From NCBI GenBank assembly GCA_051251855.1, contig JBPOGI010000002.1, positions 160,001 through 224,000 on the forward strand: a DNA stretch of 64,000 bases. Direction: 5' to 3'. Position numbers and translations under genes: made by a program. Under the pieces are notes generated by a model, which ran no database searches, had not been told where the DNA came from, and saw only the letters and a program-made list of their open reading frames with translations. This DNA comes from Roseibacillus sp. (GTDB lineage: Bacteria; Verrucomicrobiota; Verrucomicrobiia; Verrucomicrobiales; Akkermansiaceae). Shown piece after piece: positions 28,799 through 38,976 of this stretch. How positions within the stretch are numbered: position 1 is the first letter of the stretch; every line of letters starts with the position of its first letter.

Positions 28799-31700
28799 CT
28801 AATCTTGTCTTAACCGGGTGACTTTGATGTATCCGTCTCCGTAGTGGGCAACGATGGGGGTGCCATCGGGCATCATGATGATGGAGTTTTCCAGCCCATC
28901 GGTGTAAAGGCCACTGCTAGAGACCCCTCCGATGAATTGATGGCTGATGGTCTCTTCTGAAAATTCCGTTCCGTTAAAGGTGGCGAGATTGAGGTCTATA
29001 CGGGTGAAGTAGCGGTTATGGCTTGAGAGGACGGGACTTCCTGCAGAGTCAAAGGCGAGGTCAGTCGAGATATCTCGGGAGCCGCCAGAAGGGGCTCCTA
29101 ATCGTTCCCACAATCCTCCCGCGAGCTGACGGCTATAGTAGGCGCGGTTGTTGGTGATGTAGAGGGCCACGGCCTGACCGCTTGGGGTGTATGCGTGTCG
29201 AATGTTCTTAATGGTATTCGTTGCACTTGAGTCGACGGTGCTCACTTGCCAATTGGTGCCGTCGAACTCGGTGAGTCTGAGCTGTCTGTCTTCGTAGACG
29301 ATGGAGGGATGCCCGGATGAAGAGAATGCGAGGGAGGAATCGACAACGTTGCCTGGGTCAGCTGGGTCATCAGCCGCTTGACTGGTCCAGCTCGTTCCGT
29401 TGTAGGTTGCGTAGAAGAGCCTCGACCCATTGGTGTAAGAGACAGCGGGTTGACCGGTCGGAGTAAAGGCCAGAGAGAAGGCTTCGCTGCTGGCCGCGGA
29501 GACATCGGAAATGTTCCAAGTCGCGCCGTTTAATTGAGCCACTCTCAGCATGGTGCCTCCGCCGACATCACCTCGAAAAGCAATAGTCGCTTGGTCGGTG
29601 GGGGAGTAGGAGAAGCTCAGAGCGCTAGTTCCGTCATAGAGGCTGGTGTTGATCGTCTGAAGGTTCCACCCAGTTCCGTCCAGGGTAGAGTAGACAATGT
29701 TGCTTGTGGACTGGTCGTAGTAGACGAGCCCGAGGTCACCAGTGGAGGTGGCATCAATATCGGTATTGATGATGTCTGTAGAATCGGTCACCGATGTTGG
29801 GGCAACGAGGCTGGTTTGCCACTGTCGGATACTGGGCCGGACTCGATAGAAGGCTTTGGGTGCTGTGGTTGAGTCCATGACGCTGAGGCTTGTGGGTTCG
29901 AGGAGGTGGCTAATGGTCTCGCCTTCGATCGTTTCTCCTGTAGCGGGAAGGTAGGAAAAGATTTTGTCAAAGGTCTGCAGATCAAAGGAGCGTTCGACGT
30001 CGATGCTAAAGCCCTCGGCCACGTCCGCATCGTAGCTCTCGCTGACCCCAAAGCGAATGCCGCGCGTTGCTGGGTCGGAGAGGGCGGTAGGGAGCGCGAG
30101 GTTCTGCGCCACAGGCTCATCTCCCAACGGGTTGGTCCCGAGAGCGAGTTCAAGCATGGTGGAAAGTCCGTCGCCATCGAGGTCCACGGGAAAGAGTCCG
30201 TCAGGCTGCAGTTCGACAGCACCGAGGTCTACCTCGCCCGTGGGCGAGAGGGTAGAGTTCGATGGGTTGTGTCGGGGGAGGCCACGCTGGTCGGTGAGGG
30301 TGCTGCTGCCGACTGTGGGCAATCCAAGGCGTCCCGCATTGACGGCGGGGGCGTGAGGGATGGGAGGGCAGGTGCGCGTGGGGCCGCCATAGTCGCCTAA
30401 AGGGGCGAATCCTGAGGCGGTGTATCTTACGAAGTTCTTAGAGCTAAGGAGTAGAAGTTGCCCGGTTCCTATTGAGAGAGGCGCAAAGCCGATGATGCTT
30501 GGTCCGTCAAAGGAGATGCCATTGGCGGAGATGATATCTAAGTCGGTTCGGGATTCGGTGAAATCGGAGTTGCCAACGATGGCACAGTGACGAATGAGGA
30601 TGTCGCCAACGTCGCTGCTGGGTCTGCTGATTCCGCTTCCCGAGTTCGCAGTGATGGTGCAATGGATGAGGGTGAGGGGAGCGGCATCGCCGCCATCATC
30701 CTTGTAGATGCCTCCGCCGTCACTCTGGCTAACGTTGTTGGCAATGGTGACGTTTTCCAAGAGAGTTTCTCCAGTGGTGTAAATTCCGGCTCCGTCTGCA
30801 AATTGAGAGGAGAGGCTGTTCTCGGTGATTTCGGAATTTTTAACTACCAGCTTGTGGTCGTCGTTATAGATCCCGCTATCATTGCCACGAATAGCTGAGG
30901 TGAGAATGGTGACCGTGGCGGTGGACGGGTTGTTATTTTCGATCTGAATTCCAGTAGAGGTGTTGTCTCTGATCGAGCAGTCCTCGATGAGGGTCTCACC
31001 CGAGTGGAGAAGAAGACCGCAGTTGTTATTGCCTACTACGAGACAGTTTTTCAAAGTGAGTGGCTTATCTTGCGCTTTGCTGAGTCCAATATAGCCATTC
31101 TGGAGCACGAACGAGTCCATGGTGAGTGCTTCGTTGGCGACAAGAATCGTTGATGATGAGGTGAACGTACCATCTAGAATGAGGGGGTCGGTTAAGTCCG
31201 ATGCGTCAAGGGTGAGGGGAGCGGAGGTTTCCAGTGAGCCGTTGCTTTCAGCGAGAAAAATGGTTTGTCCGCTCAGGGAACTGTCCAAAGAAATGGTTCC
31301 ATTAGCCTCCTGAAGACTGAGCCCGTCGCGCAGGGTTCCTGTCAGCCCGGCATCATCAAGGTGGGAGCTGACAAGATAGTTTCGATTGCCCTCGGCGGCT
31401 CCATGATCGGGGGTGGAGTCCCTCGCGATGCCTCGCTGGTCTGTGGCTTGGTAGGTTCCGGCGATTTCATCGACGGCAAGAGAACCGAATTGGGGGGGGC
31501 GTGTCTGGGTTGTGCCTCCATAGTAGCCGAGTGGAAGCAGCGCGTCGATTTGAGCGCTGGTGAGCATCAAGGTTTCCGTCGAATTGAAGGTGCCTGAGAT
31601 CGTGGTGCCAGCGTGCGGCTCGGCGAAGAGGGAGGCGTTGATGTTTGGAGTGGTTGCCCCGCTCACGATGCGGATGGCGTTTCCGGTTCCACCGAGATTG

Positions 31701-32392
31701 GAGGTGAAGGTGCAATGGATGACTTCGCTCAGTGAGGTGGTCGATCCAATATTAACGGCGCCTCCATTGGCGTTGGCTTCATTGTCGTGGAAGGTGCAAT
31801 TGATGAGGGTGGTCGATCCATTGTTGTTATGAATGGCTCCACCGTCGAAGTTGGCAAAGTTGTCGGCAAAGGTGCAGCCATTGGCGTTGAGCGTTGCAGA
31901 CTCCACGAAGACGGCCCCGCCTCCTGCACTGGTCTCGCAGTCGACAAACTCGCAGTTGGTGAGGTTTAGGGCCCCTCCACTTCGCAGCACGATGGCTCCT
32001 CCGCGTGTATTGCCGGAGGAAGTGCTCGTTCCTACACAATTGGTAAAGCGAACGTTGCGAATGGTGATGGTATGGCTCCCGGCGACTTCAAGAGCGCGAA
32101 TGCTGGAGGAACCGTCGATGGTGATGCCGTTGGGCAGGGCGGAAGCATCAATGGTGATGCTTTTGGAAATGGCTGGGGGTCCACCGCTAGGAGGGGTTCC
32201 GTCAGTGTAGACGATTCCATAGAGAGTAATCGTCTGGCCATCGAGACTGGGGTCAAAGGTGATGGTTCCGTTGTCTGGAACAGCTGCGAGTGCGTTTCGA
32301 TAGCTCCCTGGAACTCGATCTGTAGCCGAGTTGACTACCGTTTGGCTTTGGCAAACTTGGGTAAGGAGGAGAAGCAAGAAGAGGCGTTGCAT
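28799..32392 (-). CDS. Large secreted protein: two parallel beta-helix / choice-of-anchor Q-like modules, DxDGDG-GTNP module, C-terminal propeller-like domain
   Basis: Signal peptide, GGAI/GGAV repeats, two LG.YGG.T.T...TDQRG..R...D.GA.E units, DLDGDGLSTMLELALGTNP, C-terminal repeats of type SLAF...G.P.I.Y...G..W. Confidence 0.8.
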   Translation of the reverse strand: MQRLFLLLLLTQVCQSQTVVNSATDRVPGSYRNALAAVPDNGTITFDPSLDGQTITLYGIVYTDGTPPSGGPPAISKSITIDASALPNGITIDGSSSIRALEVAGSHTITIRNVRFTNCVGTSTSSGNTRGGAIVLRSGGALNLTNCEFVDCETSAGGGAVFVESATLNANGCTFADNFANFDGGAIHNNNGSTTLINCTFHDNEANANGGAVNIGSTTSLSEVIHCTFTSNLGGTGNAIRIVSGATTPNINASLFAEPHAGTTISGTFNSTETLMLTSAQIDALLPLGYYGGTTQTRPPQFGSLAVDEIAGTYQATDQRGIARDSTPDHGAAEGNRNYLVSSHLDDAGLTGTLRDGLSLQEANGTISLDSSLSGQTIFLAESNGSLETSAPLTLDASDLTDPLILDGTFTSSSTILVANEALTMDSFVLQNGYIGLSKAQDKPLTLKNCLVVGNNNCGLLLHSGETLIEDCSIRDNTSTGIQIENNNPSTATVTILTSAIRGNDSGIYNDDHKLVVKNSEITENSLSSQFADGAGIYTTGETLLENVTIANNVSQSDGGGIYKDDGGDAAPLTLIHCTITANSGSGISRPSSDVGDILIRHCAIVGNSDFTESRTDLDIISANGISFDGPSIIGFAPLSIGTGQLLLLSSKNFVRYTASGFAPLGDYGGPTRTCPPIPHAPAVNAGRLGLPTVGSSTLTDQRGLPRHNPSNSTLSPTGEVDLGAVELQPDGLFPVDLDGDGLSTMLELALGTNPLGDEPVAQNLALPTALSDPATRGIRFGVSESYDADVAEGFSIDVERSFDLQTFDKIFSYLPATGETIEGETISHLLEPTSLSVMDSTTAPKAFYRVRPSIRQWQTSLVAPTSVTDSTDIINTDIDATSTGDLGLVYYDQSTSNIVYSTLDGTGWNLQTINTSLYDGTSALSFSYSPTDQATIAFRGDVGGGTMLRVAQLNGATWNISDVSAASSEAFSLAFTPTGQPAVSYTNGSRLFYATYNGTSWTSQAADDPADPGNVVDSSLAFSSSGHPSIVYEDRQLRLTEFDGTNWQVSTVDSSATNTIKNIRHAYTPSGQAVALYITNNRAYYSRQLAGGLWERLGAPSGGSRDISTDLAFDSAGSPVLSSHNRYFTRIDLNLATFNGTEFSEETISHQFIGGVSSSGLYTDGLENSIIMMPDGTPIVAHYGDGYIKVTRLRQD

Positions 32393-32515
32393 ACGGGCGA
32401 GATGCAATCATAATTCGGCCCATCTCGCTACCCCAAAATCTACCAGAGCACTCACCGACGAGAGGCAAGAAGGCTTTGCCTGAGCGGAGAATGTCGGGGT
32501 GAGTTTCTAGAACAA

Positions 32516-33187
32516 CTAATACTCCACGATGGAGACGGGGGTGCCGATTTTCACCTTGGCGTAAACCTCAGGCATGGTGGAGCTTTTGCCACGAATGCAG
32601 CCGTGAGAAGCAGGGTAGCGGGGCACGTTGCCCACGTGGTGGCCGATGCCGTCCCACGTGAAGCGCATCCAGTAGGGCATGGAGGCTCCGAGGAATTTAC
32701 CGCCGGGAGGCACTTTGTCGGTCTTCGAATCGGCGTTGCTTTTTACGACTCCACCGCTCGCGTTGAGGATTTTGCCGTAGAGGTTGGAGCGCTTGTCTTT
32801 GATCTTCTCAAGAATTTGGTAGTCGCCGGGAGGGGTAGGGTAGGCGGCCTTTCCGGTGGCGACAGGGTAGTCCATGGCCACTTCCTCGTTGTGGAGAAGT
32901 TGAGCACGCTGGGTAGAGAGGTTGATACGCAAGGCCGCAGAATCTGGGGTCATAGAGGACAGCAGAGAGTGGTTGCGATAGACGTTGTAGGTCTTCTTGT
33001 AGTTGGGCTCTGCCTTGAAGTGGTCGTAGGTACCAGCTGGGAAGGGGTTAACGAATTCAGGCTCGCTCGGAGTAGGAAGGGTCGTAGTAGTGGTCTCGGC
33101 GACTTCTTCTGGGAGAGGGGCTAAAAGGCCGCAGCTCGACAGGATGAGGGGAAGAGCGAGAATAAGTGGAAAGAGCTTGTGAGACAT
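32516..33187 (-). CDS. L,D-transpeptidase family lipoprotein
   Basis: Lipobox LILSSC, INLSTQRA, TPPG.Y, MPYWMR, ASHGCIR catalytic motif; start at ATG 33187. Confidence 0.92.
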   Translation of the reverse strand: MSHKLFPLILALPLILSSCGLLAPLPEEVAETTTTTLPTPSEPEFVNPFPAGTYDHFKAEPNYKKTYNVYRNHSLLSSMTPDSAALRINLSTQRAQLLHNEEVAMDYPVATGKAAYPTPPGDYQILEKIKDKRSNLYGKILNASGGVVKSNADSKTDKVPPGGKFLGASMPYWMRFTWDGIGHHVGNVPRYPASHGCIRGKSSTMPEVYAKVKIGTPVSIVEY

Positions 33188-33240
33188 TTCGTTTGGGAAG
33201 TTTGGGCGCTGATGAGCGTTAGTCCATGTGCCAACCGGAC

Positions 33241-34110
33241 TCAAGCCTTGGCTTTTACATTTTTTGCCATTTCGGGCTGGCAAAGGGGGCACCAAGCGGT
33301 GGTGCGGGTGGCGATGGTGGCGCGGGAGAGCTCGGTTTGGCAACGGGGGCAGTGGCCGCCTTTCTTCCAACGGTGTTGAAAAAGCCAGCTCTTGGGCGGG
33401 ACTTGCGAAACGTAGCCGCCGGCGGCGAATCCTTTGCTGGGGTCGGCGAGGAGTCCTTCGTTTTTGTCGGCGACGTGCTTGAGGGCTCCTCTGGTGACGA
33501 ACTGGGTCTCTTTGCGCAGGGAGGCGGGATCGAGCTGAGCGGTGGGGGTGGCGGGATGGAGATTCATGCGCCAGCAAATTTCGTCTGCCATCCAGTTGCC
33601 GATGCCGGGGAAGCACGTTTGGTCGAGGATGAGGGCTTTGAGGCTGGTGCGGGGTCTCTTTTCCAGCAGGCGCTTTACGAGAGCGAGGGTGAAGCGGGAG
33701 TCGAGGACTTCGGGGGGGAGGGTAGCCCAAGGTTCAGGGTCTTCGTGGAGGTGGGCGCGGCCGAATTGACGATAGTCGTTGTAGATGAGGGTGAGGCCGG
33801 AGAGGCGGATGAGGAGGTGGTCGTGCTTGTGAGCCTCGTGGTCAGCGGAAGCGATGGCGAGGCGGCCAGACATCCCGAGATGGACTTCGAGGGGCAGAAT
33901 TTCGTTCTTCTTTTGGAAGGTGAAGAGGAGCCGCTTGCCGTGGGAATGGCTGGTGATCATCTCCGCGCCGGTGAGGGCCGACTCGATGGCGACGGCGGGG
34001 GTATCGCGATAGACGCGGGTCTTGGGGTGGGTCTCGACGGCGATGACCTTTTTCCCCAAAGCAGGGGACCAAATGCGGCGGGCGAGTTCGACTTCGGCGA
34101 GTTCAGGCAT
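33241..34110 (-). CDS. Fpg/Nei family DNA glycosylase
   Basis: N-terminal PELAEVE, HGK, HLGMSG, D.RQFG, LDQ..FPGIGNWMADE, C-terminal zinc finger CPRC...CPLCQ. Confidence 0.93.
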   Translation of the reverse strand: MPELAEVELARRIWSPALGKKVIAVETHPKTRVYRDTPAVAIESALTGAEMITSHSHGKRLLFTFQKKNEILPLEVHLGMSGRLAIASADHEAHKHDHLLIRLSGLTLIYNDYRQFGRAHLHEDPEPWATLPPEVLDSRFTLALVKRLLEKRPRTSLKALILDQTCFPGIGNWMADEICWRMNLHPATPTAQLDPASLRKETQFVTRGALKHVADKNEGLLADPSKGFAAGGYVSQVPPKSWLFQHRWKKGGHCPRCQTELSRATIATRTTAWCPLCQPEMAKNVKAKA

Positions 34111-34143
34111 GGGGTGGCGTTATTGGGAGGGAGTGGTTCTTGA

Positions 34144-34341
34144 TCAGCCTCCCGCCGCGAGGGTGATGACTTCGAGGTTGTCGCCTTCGGCGAGGGAGGT
34201 GGTTTCGTGTTCGGCTTTGAGGAGGGCCACTTGGTTGTGTTCGACGATGACCGGTTTTTCGTCGAGGCCGAGTTCCTTGAGGAGGGCGAGGACGGTGGGC
34301 GCGCTGATTTCGGTGCTTTCGCCGTTGAGTTGAATCTTCAT
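34144..34341 (-). CDS. thiS: Sulfur carrier protein
   Basis: 65 aa, MKIQLNGE...EGDNLEVITLAAGG with C-terminal GG; follows thiH. Confidence 0.93.
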   Translation of the reverse strand: MKIQLNGESTEISAPTVLALLKELGLDEKPVIVEHNQVALLKAEHETTSLAEGDNLEVITLAAGG

Positions 34342-34347
34342 GGCGAA

Positions 34348-35487
34348 CTATCCTTTCAAGATGGCTTCGTCCCAGTCTTTCCAGACGGGTTCGAGGCCGG
34401 TGGCTGAGATGGTTTTGGCGAAGTCGGCAGGGGTGCGCTGGTCGTCGATGGTGAATTGTTCGGTAGCGCGGGTGCCGGCGGGTTTTTCTTCTTCGGCGAC
34501 CTCGATGCGGCGGCCTTTTTGGGTGCGGTGGAGGTCGTCGCAGCCCGCTCCGGTATAGCCGCCGGGGTCGGTGGCGCTGCCGGCGGACATGTGGGTCGGC
34601 CCAAGGGTCATCACGTTGTCGCGGAAGGCGGCAGGCTCGCGGGTGGAGACCACGATGCCGGTGGAGGGGAAGCAAAGCCGGGTCGCGGCGATGAGTTGGA
34701 CGAGTTGACGGTCGCTGAGATAGCGGTTGGGGTCAGGGGTGTATTGGTAGTTGCCGGCGTAGGGTCTCATGCGAGGAAAGGCGACTGAGAATTGAGCTTT
34801 CCAGCAATGCTTGTGCAGGTATTCGAGGTGGGCGGCGAGGGCGAGGGCTTCGGTGCGCCAGTCGGCAAGGCCAAAGAGGGCGCCGATGCCGATGCGACGG
34901 AAGCCGCCACGGTAGGCGCGCTCGGGGCATTCGAGCCGCCAGTCGAAGTTCTTTTTGGGGCCGGCGGTGTGGAGGGTTTTGTAGGTGTCGCGGTGGTAGG
35001 TCTCTTGGTAGACGATGAGGCCTTCGGCACCGGCTTTGACAAGCTCGGCGTATTGATGGTCTTCCATGGGGCCGACTTCGATGCCGATGGTGGGGAAGAG
35101 GGGGGCGAGTTGGCGAACAATGTCTTGGAGGTAACCGTCGGAGACAAACTTGGGATGCTCCCCGGCGACGAGGAGGAGGTTGCGGAAGCCTTGGGCGTGC
35201 AGGTGGCGGGCTTCTTGCAGCACTTGCTCGGCGTCGAGGGTGGTGCGCAGGATGGGGTTGTCCCGCGAGAAGCCGCAATAGGAGCAGTTGTTGACGCACT
35301 CGTTGGATACGTAGAGGGGCGCGAAGAGGCGGATTGTTTTGCCGAAGTTACGACGCGTGACTTGCGCGGATTGGCGGGCGAGAGATTCCAGCTGGGCATC
35401 ATCCGCAGGCGCGATCAGGTTCTCGAAACGGCGTAGCAGAGGAGAGCGTTTCTCGGGGAATTCGTTGAAGACGGGAACAAAAGACAT
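34348..35487 (-). CDS. thiH: 2-iminoacetate synthase
   Basis: LFAPLYVSNECVNNCSYCGFS, LLVAGEH, YQETY, GIGALFGL, STRE, SAGSATDPGGY, EQF.IDD.R. Confidence 0.93.
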   Translation of the reverse strand: MSFVPVFNEFPEKRSPLLRRFENLIAPADDAQLESLARQSAQVTRRNFGKTIRLFAPLYVSNECVNNCSYCGFSRDNPILRTTLDAEQVLQEARHLHAQGFRNLLLVAGEHPKFVSDGYLQDIVRQLAPLFPTIGIEVGPMEDHQYAELVKAGAEGLIVYQETYHRDTYKTLHTAGPKKNFDWRLECPERAYRGGFRRIGIGALFGLADWRTEALALAAHLEYLHKHCWKAQFSVAFPRMRPYAGNYQYTPDPNRYLSDRQLVQLIAATRLCFPSTGIVVSTREPAAFRDNVMTLGPTHMSAGSATDPGGYTGAGCDDLHRTQKGRRIEVAEEEKPAGTRATEQFTIDDQRTPADFAKTISATGLEPVWKDWDEAILKG

Positions 35488-35592
35488 AGTCGAGGTGAGG
35501 AGGCAGCTTAGTGCGGTTGGGGGGCGTGTAAAACGTTTGCGAGGGGATTGGTAGCCTTTTTCAGGAGGGTTGAGGCTGGCTCGCCAGAGAAG

Positions 35593-36504
35593 TTATTGCG
35601 GTTGGCGGGCGTGGATGAGGTTGGCGAGCACGATGGTGGCGGTTCCGAGGTAAAAGAGAGGGGTGAGTGATTGGTGTTCGGAGAAGAAGATGGCGGCCAA
35701 AAGGATGCCGTAGACTGGCTCGAAGTTGATGGCCAAGTTCATAGTGTAGGCGGTGACATGCTTCAGAATGCGAGCGAACCAGAGGTATGCGAAAAAGGTG
35801 CAGATGATGGCGAGGAAGAGGAGGGCGGGCCAGTCTACGGTTTGAGGGACTTCGAAGCCGAAGCGGGGGACGATGAGAATGGCAGCCACGGTGGCGAGGT
35901 TGGCGGCGGGGATTTGGTAGAGCATGAGGGTGGGCCCTGGGACGGCTGCGGTGATCAGGCTTTTGCTCGTCAGGCTGTAGATGGCGGCGAGAAGTGCGCC
36001 AATGAGGGCAATAGAGAGGCCGAGGAGGGGATGGGGGACCTCTGTTTTGGCTCCTGCAATGAGAACGATGCCTACCGCGACTAGAAGGGCGAGGAGGACT
36101 TTACGGGTTTCCGGTCTCTTTTTCTCGATGAGAGGTTCCAGCAAAGCGGTGAAAAGAGAGGTGGCGGCGAAGCCTGCGAGGCCCACCGAGACATTGGAGA
36201 GCGCGATCGCTCCGAAAAAGCAGAGCCAGTGCATGCCGAGAATAAAACCTGAGGTGAGCGAAAGGATGAGATGGGGCCTCGAAATCCGCAAAAGATGGGG
36301 ACGGCGTAACCGGCAGAAAAAATAGAAGACGGCTGCGGCAATGGCCGTGCGCCAGAAAACCAAGGCGGTAGGCTGCATGGAGATGACTTCCCCGAGGATG
36401 CCGGTGAGGCTCCAGAGGAGAACGAGAAGATTGAGCTGGAGAAGTCGGGGCAAAATTTGGCAAGCAGTCTGCGTGAAGGTGACGGGTTCGGGTTTTGACC
36501 CCAT
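35593..36504 (-). CDS. DMT/EamA family transporter
   Basis: About 10 TM helices, HWLCFF.AI, NFEPVYGILLA. Confidence 0.88.
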   Translation of the reverse strand: MGSKPEPVTFTQTACQILPRLLQLNLLVLLWSLTGILGEVISMQPTALVFWRTAIAAAVFYFFCRLRRPHLLRISRPHLILSLTSGFILGMHWLCFFGAIALSNVSVGLAGFAATSLFTALLEPLIEKKRPETRKVLLALLVAVGIVLIAGAKTEVPHPLLGLSIALIGALLAAIYSLTSKSLITAAVPGPTLMLYQIPAANLATVAAILIVPRFGFEVPQTVDWPALLFLAIICTFFAYLWFARILKHVTAYTMNLAINFEPVYGILLAAIFFSEHQSLTPLFYLGTATIVLANLIHARQPQ

Positions 36505-36539
36505 GCCGACTTAAGCTCTAGCCTTTTCTATCCCGACTG

Positions 36540-37178
36540 ATGACTAAGTGCCCCCGATGTGTTCAGCGAATCCACCGTTCTGCGGCTGGATGTCCCCACT
36601 GTGGTTTCGACATGAAGGATGTGGACCTTCTCTTTGGGGGGGACGATGTCCGATTAGCAGCTCTTTCTGATGCTGCGGGCGTCTTACGGGCCAAAGAGCG
36701 TAAGGAGATGCGCCTGATGATGAATGAGTTCGAGCGCCGCTTTCCGCAGCTCTTTTTCTCGATTTACATTGGTGCTTTTGAGGAAGTCTCGCATTTGCGC
36801 CAGTTTGGCTTCTGGCTGTTGAATCGGGGTGCTTTTGTGGATGTGGAAATGTCGCGACCGAACGAGTGCGGAGTGCTGCTTTCCATCGATGTCTCAGGAA
36901 AGGCTGCCGGTCTGACTTATGGCTATGCGCTGCATCCGTTCTTGGATGAGGATGATACTTTTGCGGCGCTGTCGGTGGGTCATCCTTTGTTTTTGCAGGG
37001 GCAATATTTTAAGGGGATCGAGATTGTGTTGAAAAAGGTGGAGAGCACTCTCGTTCGTCGTTCGAAACGGGCCAAAAAGGATCCCGCGAAGTATCAAGAC
37101 GAACAACCCACGGAAGGAACGGGAGAGTTGCTGGAGCGTATCCGATCACGTCATCGTCAAAAGGAAAGGAAGCTCTAA
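36540..37178 (+). CDS. Zinc-ribbon plus TPM-domain protein
   Basis: CPRC...CPHC, LSDAAGVL...E.RFPQL, GVLL, YGYAL.PFL. Confidence 0.7.
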   Translation: MTKCPRCVQRIHRSAAGCPHCGFDMKDVDLLFGGDDVRLAALSDAAGVLRAKERKEMRLMMNEFERRFPQLFFSIYIGAFEEVSHLRQFGFWLLNRGAFVDVEMSRPNECGVLLSIDVSGKAAGLTYGYALHPFLDEDDTFAALSVGHPLFLQGQYFKGIEIVLKKVESTLVRRSKRAKKDPAKYQDEQPTEGTGELLERIRSRHRQKERKL

Positions 37179-38284
37179 TGGGTGGACTTGGGCAAAAATT
37201 TGGCAGGGTGGCTTTTCCGATGTGGATTGGCTTGGTTTTGATGGTTTCTTCCAGTTTTGCCCAAGAATCGGCACCACGGGTGGATGAAGATGGGGAAGTG
37301 ATCCCCGACTTATCGAATTGGCCAGCGCTGCCTTCGTGGTCGATCGAGGAGCTGGAATTGATTCGCAATGGCGAAATCCTGTTAGGAACGGCTCTTTTCG
37401 TAGAAGATGTCGGGGGTGTTAGCTACAAAGATTTGTTCGAACCTCTAGAGGTGCCGGAAGAAATTCCAGATTTACCTCCTGAGGAGGCCTACCCGATTGA
37501 AATCGGAGAGGAGTTTTTAGCACGCTACTTTGCGGGGCGACCTGCAGGCTACCTCGTCGATCCTCAAGGTATGCTGTCGATGCAAGAGCAGCAGGATAGG
37601 CAGAGTTTCTTGGAATATCATGCGGGTGATTCTCAAATCGATCTCTACATCTATCTTTTCGATGAGAAGCAGGAGGTGCCGCCGGAAGGAGAGATTGAGG
37701 CTATCTTCAAGCGCCACTTTCTACGTGGGCAGGGCCTTAGCGCGTTGGTCTATTATTATGTGGGAGATCCGAGTCGTTCCACGATGGTGATGAGTCCTGA
37801 TGTCTATTCCGTGATTCCAAGTACGGCGGTAAAAGGGGCTTTGATTTATGCTAAGCAACAAGCGCAGACCAAGAGTGAGCCTGCGTCTCAGTTAGAGAGC
37901 TTTTCTACCGGGCTTTCAATTCGTCTCTATTGGATGGAACGCGAGTTGGCGGAAGCGGCCGGAAAGGGGCATCTATTGGCAGACCGAGGTGAGGAATTAG
38001 TGGTGGTGAAGGCTGATGAAGAAAAGCCTGAAGAAACAGGGCGAGAGTCTAAGGTTCTTGCTGCCTTTGGAATGCTTTCGCTTGGAGTGCTGGGGGTCGG
38101 AATTTGGCTCGCGTGCCGGAAGGCAGAGAAGAAAAAGACTTATTTGTTTCCTGAGGTGGAAGTGAAGCCTTTGCTCGCTGCTCCGCATGCAGCTGGGGTG
38201 GGAGCGGTGATTCACTTTGGCAATGCCACCATGCCGCCCTCAGTGCAGAAGGATCAAGTGCCAGACTACCTGCGTAAGATGTAG
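37178..38284 (+). CDS. Exported TPM-like membrane-anchored protein
   Basis: Signal peptide, LVDPQGMLS TPM-like start, C-terminal TM; overlaps the previous stop codon. Confidence 0.6.
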   Translation: MGGLGQKFGRVAFPMWIGLVLMVSSSFAQESAPRVDEDGEVIPDLSNWPALPSWSIEELELIRNGEILLGTALFVEDVGGVSYKDLFEPLEVPEEIPDLPPEEAYPIEIGEEFLARYFAGRPAGYLVDPQGMLSMQEQQDRQSFLEYHAGDSQIDLYIYLFDEKQEVPPEGEIEAIFKRHFLRGQGLSALVYYYVGDPSRSTMVMSPDVYSVIPSTAVKGALIYAKQQAQTKSEPASQLESFSTGLSIRLYWMERELAEAAGKGHLLADRGEELVVVKADEEKPEETGRESKVLAAFGMLSLGVLGVGIWLACRKAEKKKTYLFPEVEVKPLLAAPHAAGVGAVIHFGNATMPPSVQKDQVPDYLRKM

Positions 38285-38306
38285 CGGTTAGAGAGGTAAG
38301 AGTTTT

Positions 38307-38879
38307 ATGGATTGGAACGAGCGATATCAGCAGGGAGATACTCCGTGGGAGAAGGGCGCTGCAGCTCCCCCTCTGGGAGAGGTTTCTTCGCGTCTTGGTG
38401 ATGTGATCTGGGGCGAGGGTCCAGTTCTCGTTCCGGGTTGTGGCTTCGGGCACGATGCCCGATGGATTGCCGAGAAGGGAGTTGAGGTTGTTGGTCTGGA
38501 TGTCTCGGAGTTGGCTTTGCAAGGAGCTATCAAGCGAACGGAAGGAGGGAATCCATCCTTTGAGTTGGGTGATTTTTTCGAAGCTGAGGTGGGGCGTTAT
38601 GCTGCCATTTTTGAGCACACTTGCTTCTGTGCCATTTCTCCCTCTGAAAGAGGCCGGTATGCGTCTTCTGCAGCGAGATGGCTGAAGGTGGGGGGGCACT
38701 TAGTAGCGATCTTCTTTTTGAATCCCGACCACGACACGGGGCCTCCGTTTGGCTGCACTTCGGAGGAGTTGGATGGTCTTTTTGGAGAGTTCTTCGAACT
38801 GGTTGACGAGTGGGAGCCGAGGGCGACTTATCCCGGGAGAGAAGGACGCGAGTTGGTGAGGATTTACCGGAAGAAGTAA
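38307..38879 (+). CDS. Thiopurine S-methyltransferase-like SAM methyltransferase
   Basis: W.ERY..GDTPW, VLVPGCG.GHD, GDFF, FEHTCFCAI, GPPF. Confidence 0.9.
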   Translation: MDWNERYQQGDTPWEKGAAAPPLGEVSSRLGDVIWGEGPVLVPGCGFGHDARWIAEKGVEVVGLDVSELALQGAIKRTEGGNPSFELGDFFEAEVGRYAAIFEHTCFCAISPSERGRYASSAARWLKVGGHLVAIFFLNPDHDTGPPFGCTSEELDGLFGEFFELVDEWEPRATYPGREGRELVRIYRKK

Positions 38880-38976
38880 AGACTCGCGGTCCGTGCCCTT
38901 TCCGCCATGCTATGCGAGAAAGAGAAATATTTCCAATGGGTTCGCTCTTTGGTCAGTTTGCCTCTGAACTCCCGCT

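Noticed and set aside
33188..33730. N-terminal extension of the L,D-transpeptidase ORF
   Set aside because: Off-frame read of the Fpg/Nei gene; the lipoprotein signal starts at 33187.
35488..35592. TPP riboswitch upstream of thiH
   Set aside because: No CUGAGA core or other TPP consensus seen on the minus strand.
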